Below, one piece after another: positions 1-11,867 of a DNA stretch of 64,000 nt. Each line of letters starts with the position of its first letter. The stretch's first letter is position 1. A program made the translations under genes and the position numbers. Below the pieces are notes generated by a model that ran no database searches, was not told where the DNA came from, and saw only the letters and a program-made list of their open reading frames with translations. Source of the stretch: Selaginella moellendorffii (lineage: Eukaryota; Plantae; Lycopodiophyta); contig NW_003314281.1 of assembly GCF_000143415.4 (NCBI RefSeq), positions 1,837,882-1,901,881 on the forward strand. The letters are read 5' to 3'.

Positions 1-2510
1 CATCGTTGTATAGATTTGATCATATAACTCTGGTGGTAAATCAGCTTCATAACGTTGTTCTATTGTCATGTTCCAGTAATTGCTTCTACCAATAGGAACA
101 TGATATTTATATATGAGTAATGCTTTTTCTGGCTATAATCATATTCTTGCCCCTACTTGCAAAATAGTGACAAACAAACAGATACAAGAATGTAGAGAAG
201 AAGAATGAAAAAAGAATAAAAGAGAATTCAGCCTCGAACCCCAAAAGTGTAAGTAAGGATAAGCATATTCACTTTCTCAACTCTACTTTGCAGAAACAAT
301 CATAAATGGGAGAAAAAATAATTAATTCAATATAAATACATACAATAATGAGTGGGGCTTATTTTTTAACATATGCTACTTATATATACTACAGTTTCTA
401 ATTGTTTCATGCTTGTCTATAATGAATATTGTCTAGGTCAAGTCTTTCTTCTTTGGATGCCTAAGTTTAAACATAACTTCATTTCACCTAAGCTTTCTTC
501 TTTTGTTCTGCCTGGGAAAATACATAAGATAAAACATTTACCTTTTCATCAATATAACTTGATTTTGTTGAAATCTTTGTAAATATACTCCTACCAAGAT
601 TAGCATTGCCTAGGCAAATGGTTGACATGATGTGTCAAACAGTAGCTACAAACTTAGTGAATGATTGGAAGGTTTGAAAAATCCATAACTTACTTGGAGA
701 CTTACTAACAATGAACAATTGGAGTCTTTTGCCTCTCTTGAATGTTGCCTCGCTGCTGTAAAAAGAAATTGTGCTTCTTTGCTTCATTCAAAACTAACAA
801 TTCATTCAAATACCAATGCCCCCGATTTCCAACTGGTTTCAGAGGCTTCGATGGAGTGGGAGTAGTAAAATTCCCCTTGCTAAATTGAGAACCATCATAT
901 AGAAATTTTGGCTAATATTGAGTGGAGAACATGATCTCTAAGTTGTTCAGCTACTGCTCTCCCATTCCACACAACCCTAAAACCAAGAATTGACACATCA
1001 GAAATAGTGGAGAACATATCAACATTTTAACCTATTATTGCAGGTTTGACAGTGGTCAACTAGCTGGGCTGGTTTTGAAAAACATTCAAGTTGAGTTCAC
1101 CGTCGCAAGGCCATTGTCAAAAACATGATGGTGACAATGACATGTACTAAGGCAACATCATTTCAAATTGCTGATGTAGTTGTCACAATTTGATTGTGAC
1201 GGTCACATGTGCAACGTCTATTAGTCAATGAATACAATAAGTGTGTTCTTGTGCTTGGTTCTTTGTGCATTGAGCTCTAAGCTCCGCCTTTCTTTTTGAA
1301 GAATGAGACTCTTCCTCTCAAAAACACCTCCACAGAAATCAAGCTCAAACTCGAAACACAGCACATGGAAATTGATAGGAGTGGATGCAAATGAAGCCGA
1401 GGACCATGAAGAAATTTTCTCTAGAAACAGCCCTCACAAAAAACACAAAGCAAAATGCTCAATTCTATCGACAATGGCAAGTGCTTACTTGTGTGTAGAG
1501 CCTCAAAAATCTCATTCTAGAGCTTGATAGAAAACTCTTTATTATGCCATCTATAGCCCCATGTAGAAAAGGATTAAAATTTTCATCCCAGAAAATGGCA
1601 AAAAGCTCCAAAAAGCCCCACACTCAAAATAAAAAAGCGCAAGAGAAGAATCACTCAAAAGTGCTCTAGACTTCACCGAATCACACATGCAAACCCTCTA
1701 GAGAAAAACCCTGAATAGATCTACTGGATAAGCTCAAGGAAGATTAAAATAGTGATGAATCCAACTCGTGCCATGCTTCTAAAGTTGCTACTGTGTGAGC
1801 TGAAGGCTGTATATGCAAGTTCTTGCTCCAAATTGAAAAATTATTGATGCTAGAATGGGTATCTTAACAAGATCTACAAGCCCACAATCACCATTTCTCA
1901 AACTAAACTAGCCACTAAGAGAAGAAAACCTCTTTTCTGTCTAAGAGAAAGAAAACTCTAAAAATCCCAGGATTTCACAGACAGCACCAGGAATTGCATG
2001 GCTGGGTAAACTCATCCCACTCCATCACCCGAGCACAGATCCCCTAAGAATTTCCCAAGCTAAAACCAAGAAAAACTAAGAAAAATCTGGGGAGGACTGG
2101 CTAGGAATCAATCCTCCCCACAGATGTTGAGGAGTGGGGAGATGTGTTTTCCCTTAAAACCCTAGCCAATATCCTCATGCCCTAGAATATTCCGACAGTG
2201 GAATATTCCAAGGAATCTCGCTCTTGCATGAACAGATGAGCAAACCAATACCATGATTGAAACCCAGTATCAATTGAATGAGAATATGTATATTACATAT
2301 ACATGTATACAAATATGTTTACATATATATTAAACAAAATTCAGAATTTGATGCTATGATCAACCATATGATCTATTGCACTGTGAAATTATGAATGACT
2401 TTGTCCTGAAAAAATAAACATAATGCTAAAAATAGATTCTATACCCTAAATCGTGGCCCGGAATCCTTGCCGTCCATAAACAGGCGATCTAGGCATCCAG
2501 GCTAGGCGCC

Positions 2511-3410
2511 ATGTGCGACGAGAACCCTCCAGGTAATAGGTCAGGGCTAGTGAGGCCGATTGCACTACAATCTGGTTCCGATTGGGATGATGGGGTCCTG
2601 CGGTCTTTCAACATTACGGTCACAAAGGAGAGTTCCTTCAGAGATTTCTTCGGGGTAGACATGCCGGTTGAATTCAGCAATCCTGATGTCGCGGAGCTCG
2701 TGAGTTTGGATCTGCAAGAGTACACCTTCGGAAAGCTGAAACTTTCGTCCATCAGATCTCGGTATGTGAAAACCCTGGTTAAACGTGTCTTCGCAGTGAC
2801 CAGAACACACCGGCATGAAGAATCGGCAGTGGATGACATGTCCCTGACGCTTCTGGAGCTTTTTCAGTACGAGAACGATGACACAGCAGTACGTAGCAGA
2901 ACCATTCTCGATCTTTTCATGTCGAGGGGCAAAACGCAAGCACTTCCTGACGTCGTTGTGGAGCGGCTGGACACTGCAGTGAAAATGCTGGTTCAGGAGG
3001 ACAAAAGTTATGAAAACTTGAAAGGTCACCATCCAGAAGCCCAGCTGATTGCCGAGGCAATTGCCGCTTATCAGGAGAATTCGAGGCTTTACGAAAGGCT
3101 GTCGATGGGCGAATATCCTGATCAACAGATAGTTCCTGGTATAGTTATGTTAGGTACGTATTCGAGCGCTTTATCTGTTTTTTGAGGGATAACAGTTTCG
3201 ATTTCAGGGACCTGTCCGACCTTCTACTTGATCCCCGTGACCAAAGCGTTGGCTGAGGCCGTGAGGCAGGGAGAGGAACCGAGCTTCGACACTGCTGTGC
3301 GAAAGTACGCGCTTCCCATGCTACCTGCAACCGTTTCTGATACCATGCTTTTCAAGAGCCACTGCTTTCATGTTGCACAGTGCTTGGAGGCGTTCAAGCG
3401 CTTTGTGTAG
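2511..3410 (+). CDS. Uncharacterised ~281-aa protein, putative PD-(D/E)xK (restriction-endonuclease-like) fold, fungal-like; join(2511..3153,3208..3410)
   Basis: ORF 2511..3185 and ORF 3228..3410 join in frame across a 54-nt GT..AG intron (3154..3207), giving ...GIVMLG-TCPTFYLIPVT.... Motifs: SGSDW, PDVVV...LVQEDK, PEAQLIAEAIAAYQEN. GC-rich island in AT-rich DNA. Confidence 0.75.
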
Positions 3411-4189
3411 ACTAGAAAAAAATTAAGTTTGTGATTAAACAACGAGAACTTACAAAAACAGAAAGAGACTCTAGAGTTGCTTGCTCAGGGCGATCTGGGG
3501 GGATCCCCGAGTATAAGAAGGTTATCTTCTTCTTGCGTGCCAGTTCAGGATGCACTCACTGCTGCGACTGCGCAGCGGATCCTGGGCTGGCTAACCAGAA
3601 TCGCCAGAAAACTGATTTCCTGGTAGTTGTACTTGGAGTCAGATGGTTATCATGACTCAATTCTTCTTGGAATAGGCAGTCCCCTTCTTCATAGTAAAAC
3701 TCTAACCACAAGAGATGAAATACAAGTCTAATTGAAGGAAATCCTTACATTGCATATTAAATCAAGATTGCAAACCACATTAGAAAGTATGCATTGAAAA
3801 TTTTAACACATACAAAAGTGGGAAGTTATTTTAATTAAATTGTAGACACATACAACAAGTAGGGACAATGAAGATCTTCTTCTAAACAACAAAAGAATTG
3901 TCTATAAAAATAACTTTAAAATACAACCTCAGTGTGAATTTCTAGATTTCTACATCAAATCTCATCCCTTAAACATTCATTTTGCATGGTTATTAATGTA
4001 TTGTGCTTGTGTCTTGGACAATGTTACTTACAAAATCATGATGTTTTTAAAGTTCATTATGTGGTATAAGTAGATGAGATGTTTACATGATAGTTGCTAA
4101 AATGTTTTTAATGTGTATATATTTATTCTAAAGTCTAAAAAATACAAGGTGAAACTCTCAAGCACAACAGCCTCTATATATTACTTCCA

Positions 4190-4460
4190 TGTGTCACTTC
4201 TCTTGTTGCCACTATTAATACCTCCATGCATTTTCTCCAAGCATTACCTTCATTGCCTCTAAGTCTTACCTTTGTTATTGCCTCCATTGTTGCCACCATA
4301 CATTTACTCAAAGTGTTTCTAATGTTTCTTTCTATATTACCTTCAAGTGTTTCTATATGTTACCTCCATACAATACCTTTGTAGTGTTGTCTCCCCAGCA
4401 TTGCCTCACATATGGTCACTCACATTTCGTCCAAGTGTTGTTCCCCTAGTGTTGCCTTCA
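4190..4460. repeat. Degenerate low-complexity tandem repeats (ttacctcc/ttgcctcc-like units)
   Basis: Repeated imperfect motifs such as ttacctt, ttgcctc and gtgttg at short irregular intervals. Confidence 0.35.
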
Positions 4461-4618
4461 GTACTTGAACAAAATTGAATCTTCATCGACTTTGTTTTTC
4501 ATTTTTTCTGCAACTTCCTGCACAAATCAAGCAAGCTGTATAACAATCGAGCAAACACACACCTTTCTTTTTTTGAGAACAAGGTTCAAAGTATTCTTGA
4601 GCTGATGTTTCTTATGGC

Positions 4619-4700
4619 GCTGTGAATTGCAAAATTCTGTGAATCATCAGTTTGAATGCGACTTGTGGCTAGTCCCAAGGGCATGCCTGCCTGAATGGCC
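4619..4700 (+). pseudogene. Degenerate 5.8S rRNA fragment (3' part)
   Basis: tgtgaattgcaaaattctgtgaatcatc...tttgaatgcg...gggcatgcctgcctg matches the conserved eukaryotic 5.8S motifs GTGAATTGCAGAA..GTGAA.CATCGA..TTTGAACGC..GGGCACGCCTGCCTG, with substitutions. Confidence 0.8.
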
Positions 4701-4817
4701 TTATATTCAGCCTCTCGTGCCCAATGTAGGGTGTGCACTTGGCTGTCCATGGTGACTTTCACCTGGTTGGCTGAACTCCCTTGTGTGTATTGACACTTTG
4801 GTGGAAATCATGAGTAA

Positions 4818-5230
4818 GACCTCAGGTCAAGCAAGGCTACCTACTAAGTTGAAGCATATCACTAAGCAGAGGAAAAGAAACCAACAAGGATTTCCATAGT
4901 AATGGCGAGCAAACTGGAAAATGTCTAGATTGGAAAGTGAGGTGCACATGCACCTTGAGTTGTAGTCTGAAGCATCCTCTGCGGTAGACTGGGCCTAGGT
5001 TCCTTGGAATGCAACGCTGGAGACAGTGAGAGCACAGTTCAGTCCAGATCCTATTGCATGATGAGGTGTTGTCGTGGAGTCGGGTTGTTTGGGAATGCAG
5101 CCTCAATTGGGTAGTAAATCCCATCCAAGGCTAGATACTGGCAAGAGACAGATAGTAAACAAATAGTGCAAGGGAAAGATGAAAAGGACTTGAAAAGAGA
5201 GTTAAAGAGTGCTTGAAATTTCTAGGAGGT
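4818..5230 (+). pseudogene. Degenerate 5' end of LSU (25S/28S) rRNA, preceded by an ITS2-like spacer (4701..4817)
   Basis: gacctcaggtca...aagcatatcactaagcagaggaaaagaaac...gagtcgggttgtttgggaatgcagc...gggaaagatgaaaaggact.tgaaaagagag.taaagagtgcttgaaatt follows the conserved LSU 5' domain. Many C>T/G>A changes; truncated after ~410 nt. Confidence 0.88.
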
Positions 5231-5499
5231 GTTATGCCTCATGTTTTAGGCATAAGTCTCTCCCTGCAATACCCTCAGTGAGGGCTTTCCAACAAGCATG
5301 TTCTTGAGTTAATCCAACCTTTGAGTATGGAGATTTATTATTTTCACTAATGAGGTTTATTAACTTAGCAAGAACTGTGAAACGACCAAGGCCTGGGGTG
5401 AGCTCCCATACATTCTGATGTACCGGAGACACCAACCAAACAAACAATAGGGATTGGGTGGCTCATGTTAAACAATAGTGCTGCCTTCTCTTGGAGCAT

Positions 5500-8400
5500 A
5501 CATCTCATCAAGGCAGCATTGCCTTCTCCTCATAAACACATGCAACAAGCAAGTGCCATTCTGAATCATTGAGGTTAAAAATGAGATCATTGACGAAATT
5601 GACCCCAATGAGTCCATGCTCAACGTCAATGACAGGCCCACAATCTTCTGACATGCTGGAACTTGAGGATCAAACTCAAGAACAAAAGGTCAGTTTGACA
5701 CTTACGAGGCCCAAATTTTGTTTGGGTAGGGTTCAAGCCCACAAGTTTTGGAACCTCCAGAAGGCAACCACTCATTTTTGTCCACATGCCACACACCATC
5801 AACGAGTTATAGTGATTGTAGATCAAGATGGGATAGTATGCCAAGATAAGTTGTTATTAGAGCCATCTCTCATAGTCCTAATCCCTCGTATAGCAATAGA
5901 AACATAGCAAGTGATGTGAGTGACAATGATGGGTACATCACAGCTGAAGAAGGGTATTGGAAGACTTTAGAGATGATATTTTTAATCAAGATCATACCCA
6001 CAACTTAGTGTGCTTTCTAATAATGCATTCTTTAATCTCATCTTTGGCAAACACAACTATCAGTTCCAAGGCTAGGGAGCATGGTGACAAAAGCTTGTAA
6101 TGGGTGTTTGTCCAATATTACAAATATTCAACAACCTTCATCTAGTTTATTTCTAAAAGTGGAAGATATATAGTTGAAAAGTGTTTAATATGGACAAAAT
6201 CATAGGCTCTCAAAGGTTCTAAAATATGTCAAACATTCCCATAGCACAAAGGGTTTTGAATAGCAATTTCAAGCTTCTTTTTAAGCCACTTCTTCATTGG
6301 GTAGCTTTGTGGGAAGGTAATGGAGTAAGCGCATGTTGATAAAGTTGTGTAGTGGGTTAAATTTATATTGGAGATGTCATAATTAATATAGATTGGTGAC
6401 TCTAGACAATTCTGGTGAGTCCATGACAAAGTTGTGGAGTAGTGACAACCATTTGGGACTCATCTTTGCCATTGCACATAGTTAGAGCTAATGAATAAGC
6501 CAAAACAAACATTATACTTAATCCAATTACCTCCTCAATCCACTGCTTTTGGTTGCCACTAAAACCTAATCCAAAAACCAAGCAGCTAAGGAGTTCTCTC
6601 GTGTTGATCACTATTCACACTTGAAATACTTGAAACAGTGCATTTGTCCCAATGCAAGCAAGTGCTCCAATTAAAATGCCACTCATATGCAGCCATTGCC
6701 TAGCCTCCATGACCATGAAGTGATGGAATCTAGGTTGTAGTCAATCCCCCATTGCGCTTGGGTCATTGAACAAAACTTTTCAGACCACCGCTGCCACATA
6801 ATGCTTGATGACCTCTTCATAGTCAGTGTTGATATTCACCAGTCTTGCAGATATAAATGTGTTCAAGTGTGCAATGGCATTGTTATTTTCTAACATGTAA
6901 TCTATAACCTTGCATCGATCATTTGGGTTTGTGCAAGCTGTTGTCTTACATAGTATATTCAACGCATTCCACACCTCTGGTGTGTAAAACTTCAAGTCTT
7001 GCTTATAAACTTCTCCTCAATTGATCCTGTGATCATCCATACTAAAAACCTCTCCAACAATAATTGTAAAGGTGGCAATTGTATAACCCTTCAAATGCTG
7101 AAAATAGAAGCCACCCAATGTACATGGCCTAAGGAAAGAAAAAACAACTTTAGTGAAGATGCAATCTAAAAGCGTATACAATATTACCATATCCTTCTCT
7201 CTTTAACATAGGTTTCTCAGTTGTGTTAGCTTTTATGGGGATTGACTTTTAGCTATTATTAAGAATGATATTTTGGGGAATCTAAAAGATGGCCTGCCTG
7301 ATTGCATTTCCACATTTCCACATTTCCATCAATTGTAGTTGTCTCCCAAATCAAAGCTCCTCCAATTACACTACCATAGACCACTTTGAAATTTGGTGTT
7401 CAGAGCTCTAGGTTGAATAAAGCTTGAAAACAAATGAATTCATTGTTCGGAGCTATTTGCCATACAAAGCCATTTTATTAGATATTTGTAGGATTGATGT
7501 AAATTGTGTAAACAAACTTACCATCACTCGAGAATCTGTCAACCATATTCAGGCTTCACAATATGGACAAAGTATTACTTTATTGATGCATGTTCTAGAT
7601 TACTGGCAATACAAAGTCTCTACCTATTCAAAAAGTGCTCTCAAATTGTCCACAAGATCCTTATTGTGAATGTAAAGTCCTACAATAAAGTAAAAATTTT
7701 ATGAATTACAAATCAAAATGTTTAAACATGGCCTACCTTCTCTTATTAAACCAAGACATCACTTCTTGTAAGATTGAGGTAAACACATTTTGCAAACTCC
7801 TTTAAAAAAGTTTATGTATGCTCCCATTGCAAAATGCTTCTTTATACCCTATCTCAGCAATTGAAACTTTAGCTAGAACAGCTTTCAAATCTTGCTAGTG
7901 AGGCATCATATGAAAATTCAAGACACATGTTGTTTTCATTTGCCAAGCGGGTCGCTTCATTGTATGCATTGACAGCATCCATCTAACAAATTTGGTTGCC
8001 AAAGAGACTAGAAATATAAATAGGAAAAAATAAGTACTTGTTGAGTAAATACTATAAAGCTAAATTTCAAGGGCTTATTTAGAAAGAGTTTAATTGTCCA
8101 ACAACTCTATTAAAGGCAGCAGGTCTTGGCTAGTCTCTGGATCAAAAGGTGATGGTGAGATTGTTTGATTTTCTTCCACAATTAATAAACTATCCTCTAC
8201 AACCATCAGTCGATCTAAAAAGATATGTCAAAGAATTAGTGCCTCATATACTCTCAAAGCATATTACATACAATAGCTCTGACATATATCTCAAGTGATA
8301 ATGATGGCTCATAGTGTTATCTAGGCAACTCCTCTTCTTTTGTCAAACTCCTCTTCCACATCCTCTTCATTTTCACCTTCATCTTCCTCTAGTTGATATA

Positions 8401-8560
8401 CATTACCCTCCAAAGCTGAGGACTGTTATCCACTCTAGATGCTAGTGCAACAATCAGTCATAACCAAATGAGCCAATTCAAAAGAGAGGCACATTTTGTC
8501 CGTCTGGGGGCACCACATGTATTGCGTGCAAGTAAACATATACCTTGCAGCTGTATACCA
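5500..8560 (-). pseudogene. Possible heavily decayed multi-exon coding sequence or transposon remnant of unknown family
   Basis: Minus-strand frames give protein-like stretches interrupted by stops (e.g. KFYTPEVWNALNILCK..., NMVDRFSSDGKFVYTIYINP..., acidic EEDEGENEEDVEEE near 8340-8390). CpG-poor. Family not recognised. Confidence 0.25.
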
Positions 8561-8600
8561 TGTGTCTTGTCGTGTGACCAGATGTGGGACCAGATGTGCC

Positions 8601-8681
8601 GAAAAGGTCTCCTAGTAAATTCTGTTTCATGTTTCATCTATTAGATGAAACATGAAACAGAATTTACTAGGAGACCTTTTC
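8601..8681. repeat. Perfect inverted repeat: 40-bp arms with a 1-nt spacer
   Basis: 8601..8640 gaaaaggtctcctagtaaattctgtttcatgtttcatcta is the exact reverse complement of 8642..8681. Confidence 0.95.
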
Positions 8682-10334
8682 AACTTTATGTACCACTAAG
8701 ACTGATCTATCGAGTACCTCCACCAAGAAAATGAGACTGCATTTTATTTAACTTGCAAGGAGCTGCTTGGCGTGTCTGTAAACCTGCAACGCCAACATTG
8801 AAAGGCTGCCAGCCAAGATCAACGCTTTCTGTGATCACACCCAGCGGAATCCATGCTTCCTCTTCAACAGGCCTGCTACAACAGCTGTTAGAGTTTTAGA
8901 CTGACACGAAGTATTGGGAAGTTAGCATGTACTCAGGGGAATTGGATGGACTTGGACGTGCAAATAACGGACAAAGCTGATGCGAGACGCTTGCAGACCT
9001 TTGCAAACTTTCCATCCTCAGGAAGCGCGGTGTTCCATATAAGCGACAAGTTATTTCTTTCTTTCTTTGCAGCTCGATGACAAGGTTGCTAAATGCAGGT
9101 TTCTCTTTGCCATAGGGCAGTAACTATGTCTGTCACTCTTGTGGAACAGTGGCATACTATCTTGCTCGATCTTAGAGTAGGACTAAAAGCCCGAAGGAGG
9201 CGCCTTTCTTCTGCCCATCATTCTCAGAGTGCTCAAGAACGTGGCTCAACCAAACTGGTTCCTGGATCGATAAGTTTTGTGTGGATGCTCGAGTTGTAGT
9301 TCGTTAACTATGACTGCTCCACTTTTGAAAGTTATGCCTGAAGTGAATATCGCAACTTCACTCTCTTTAGGCCTAGGCTGCTTCAGGTGTTGAGGGTACG
9401 TAGTTAAACTCCTCTCCAAGATGCTACCATGAGATGCGTCCATCTTACATAGGACAACGAGCAATTGGAGACACCACACTACCCGGCAGCTCCTTTTGGT
9501 TTGTGGTTTGCTTTTGCTTCAGTGTTATTAAAATCTTAAAATCACGCATCTGAAAAATCGTCTGTTATTTCTTGAAAGCAGATAGGATGTTTTTACATAG
9601 TTTCTATTTTGGAAGTTTTAAAATACGCTGCCAAGAAGGTATAGGACTGCAATGCCAATATTGAAAGGCAACATCCAGGCCAAGATCAAAGTGGAATCCA
9701 GGCTTTATGTTCTCTGAAACGACCAATGAATGCTTGGAACGTGTCAGGAAATGGGATGAGCTTCTCAGTGATCGACCGGTTCCTCCGACCCGGCAGGAGC
9801 AGCAGTCAGAGAGGCTGGTGGATGACGCTGCAGTTCCCCAGGTAATGCCAAAGACGATGTAGCAAAGCTGCTCGTCGCTCTCGACGCCATTTCGGCGCTC
9901 ATGGCCACCGCCAAACTTGTTCGCTACCCGGTTCCGCACCACCATTAGGATACACTTCGATGGCTTGACGCTCTCGCAGATAACGCGATTTGTTCGTGGC
10001 AACCGCGGCTGTGGACATGTCTGCCAGTGCACGATAAATATCGCTCTTGTCCAAGACCTCGGCAAACGAGCATGCTCGCGAGCCATTGCAGGGGGTGGTG
10101 CGGGCATACGGCATTCCACGGGATCGATTTCCTCGCAATTGGCCAGGAATGATCCCCCACGCAAGCACGAGATCAAATTCGATCTGGGGAGGATTCGCTG
10201 GTGAAGATCCAATGCCTGGGCAGGGCAGCCATAGCTAGAGCCACAGAGCTCGCACAAAACGATCACTCCAATTGATCTTGGGTTTCTTTCCCGATCGCAG
10301 CTCTACCAGATCGACCCAAGAGCCCGCAAGTGCT

Positions 10335-11867
10335 ATGGATTTCCTCAGGGGAATTCATGAAGCTCCACAGGAATTTGATGCAATGCCAAGAAAACCTTTG
10401 GTATCTTGGAACACCATGCTTACAGTATATGCCCGTTCAGGGTATTTATCTCAAGCAAGAGCTTTGTTTGATTTAATGCCGAATCGCAACACGGTGTCGT
10501 GGAATGCAATGATATCTGCAACCCTTAACCACGGAAACTTTCAAGAAGCCAAGGACTTGTTTGATACAATGCCTTATCAAAACGCTGTGTCGTGTAACAT
10601 CATGATCGTAGCGTACACCAATGAAGGGCGTCTCGATCTCGCGGAGAAGCTCTTTGATGCGATGCCGAAGAGGAGCTTGTTGTGCTGTAACTCAATGTTA
10701 AGAGGTTTCTTGCACTGCGACATGCACGATCGAGCAATATCTCTATTCGAGACAATGCCGCTGAGAGATCTGGTGACTTGGACGACGATGATCCATGGCT
10801 GCTCGCAAGAACAGGAGATTCACGCTTTGCTCCACGGCCTCCCAGAGCACGACATCACCTCTGCCAATGCAGCATTGGCCGCTTTCGCCCAAAACGGGCA
10901 TATGGACTCCGCAAAAGCTCTGCTCGAAAGCATGGAATCTAGAGACTTGGTATCTCTAAACACCATGCTCACAAACGAGCACCACGTCGACGCAGCAAAG
11001 CTCGCCTTCGATCGCATGCCCGAGCGAGACGTGATCACTTTCAATGCGATGATCAAACTCCACGCCCAATGTGGAGACACCGAGTCTTCCAAGTCGCTGT
11101 TTGATCGCTGTCCAAGCACAAATCTATCGTCGTGGAACTTACTGCTACAAGCCTACGTCCAAAACGGACATATTGACGCAGGGAAGGGAGTGTTTGAAAG
11201 TATGCCCGAGCGCAGCCCCGCCTCTCACACGCTCATGGTCCAGGCATATGCCCTGGAAAGGCATATACCAGGCGTGGAATATGCGTGGACCAGCTCACCG
11301 TCGAGTGATGTGGTTCTCACGACTGCCGTATGCTTAGCATATGCCCAAGCCGGGCATCTGGAGAAATCGATGGCTGTGTTCCAGAGTATGCCACAGCAGC
11401 CAACCGCGGTTGCGTGGACCGCCATGCTCACGAGCCTGGCATATTCTGGGGATCGCGCCCGAGCGCTGTGGCTACTGCACGCCGTGAAGATCCAGGGGAT
11501 ATGCCTGGATGCGGTGGTGTTCAAGAGCGTGCTGATTGCGTGTGTTCATATTGGGGTGCTGCGGCTTGCGATTGAGCAGTTTGTGTCGATGAGCTTTGAT
11601 TTTGGGCTTGGGCCTGGAAAAGAGCATTACAGGTGCGTGCTCAACATTTTGGCGAGGGTGGGTCAGCTCGAGCTTGCGGAAGATTTGATCGCCAACATGC
11701 CGTTTGAGGATGACGCGGTGGATTGGGAGGCATTGCTTGCCGCGTGCGTTGTTCATAACGATCGGCAACGAGGGAAAAGACTTGCTGCGAAGTTTGGAAG
11801 AAGAACTACTGTTGCTCATGTTTTGCTAGCGAATTTGTGTTCAACACGGTCTTTACAGTCAACGTGA
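10335..11867 (+). CDS. Intronless PLS-class pentatricopeptide repeat protein with E-domain-like C-terminus (510 aa)
   Basis: Repeated FDxMPxR(N/D)xVSWNxM motifs. C-terminal HYRCVLNILARVGQLELAEDLIANMPFEDDAVDWEALLAAC. First ATG is at 10335 (the ORF track starts at a TTG). Confidence 0.9.
   Translation: MDFLRGIHEAPQEFDAMPRKPLVSWNTMLTVYARSGYLSQARALFDLMPNRNTVSWNAMISATLNHGNFQEAKDLFDTMPYQNAVSCNIMIVAYTNEGRLDLAEKLFDAMPKRSLLCCNSMLRGFLHCDMHDRAISLFETMPLRDLVTWTTMIHGCSQEQEIHALLHGLPEHDITSANAALAAFAQNGHMDSAKALLESMESRDLVSLNTMLTNEHHVDAAKLAFDRMPERDVITFNAMIKLHAQCGDTESSKSLFDRCPSTNLSSWNLLLQAYVQNGHIDAGKGVFESMPERSPASHTLMVQAYALERHIPGVEYAWTSSPSSDVVLTTAVCLAYAQAGHLEKSMAVFQSMPQQPTAVAWTAMLTSLAYSGDRARALWLLHAVKIQGICLDAVVFKSVLIACVHIGVLRLAIEQFVSMSFDFGLGPGKEHYRCVLNILARVGQLELAEDLIANMPFEDDAVDWEALLAACVVHNDRQRGKRLAAKFGRRTTVAHVLLANLCSTRSLQST

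Noticed and set aside
1-2460. Short ORFs and scattered accctaa telomere-like motifs
   Set aside because: Isolated single motifs in AT-rich DNA; the ORFs are not protein-like; no LTR or TIR pair could be delimited.
9604-10266. 220-aa minus-strand ORF and overlapping ORFs as a gene (possible F-box-like remnant)
   Set aside because: No convincing motif or consistent frame; cannot be supported.
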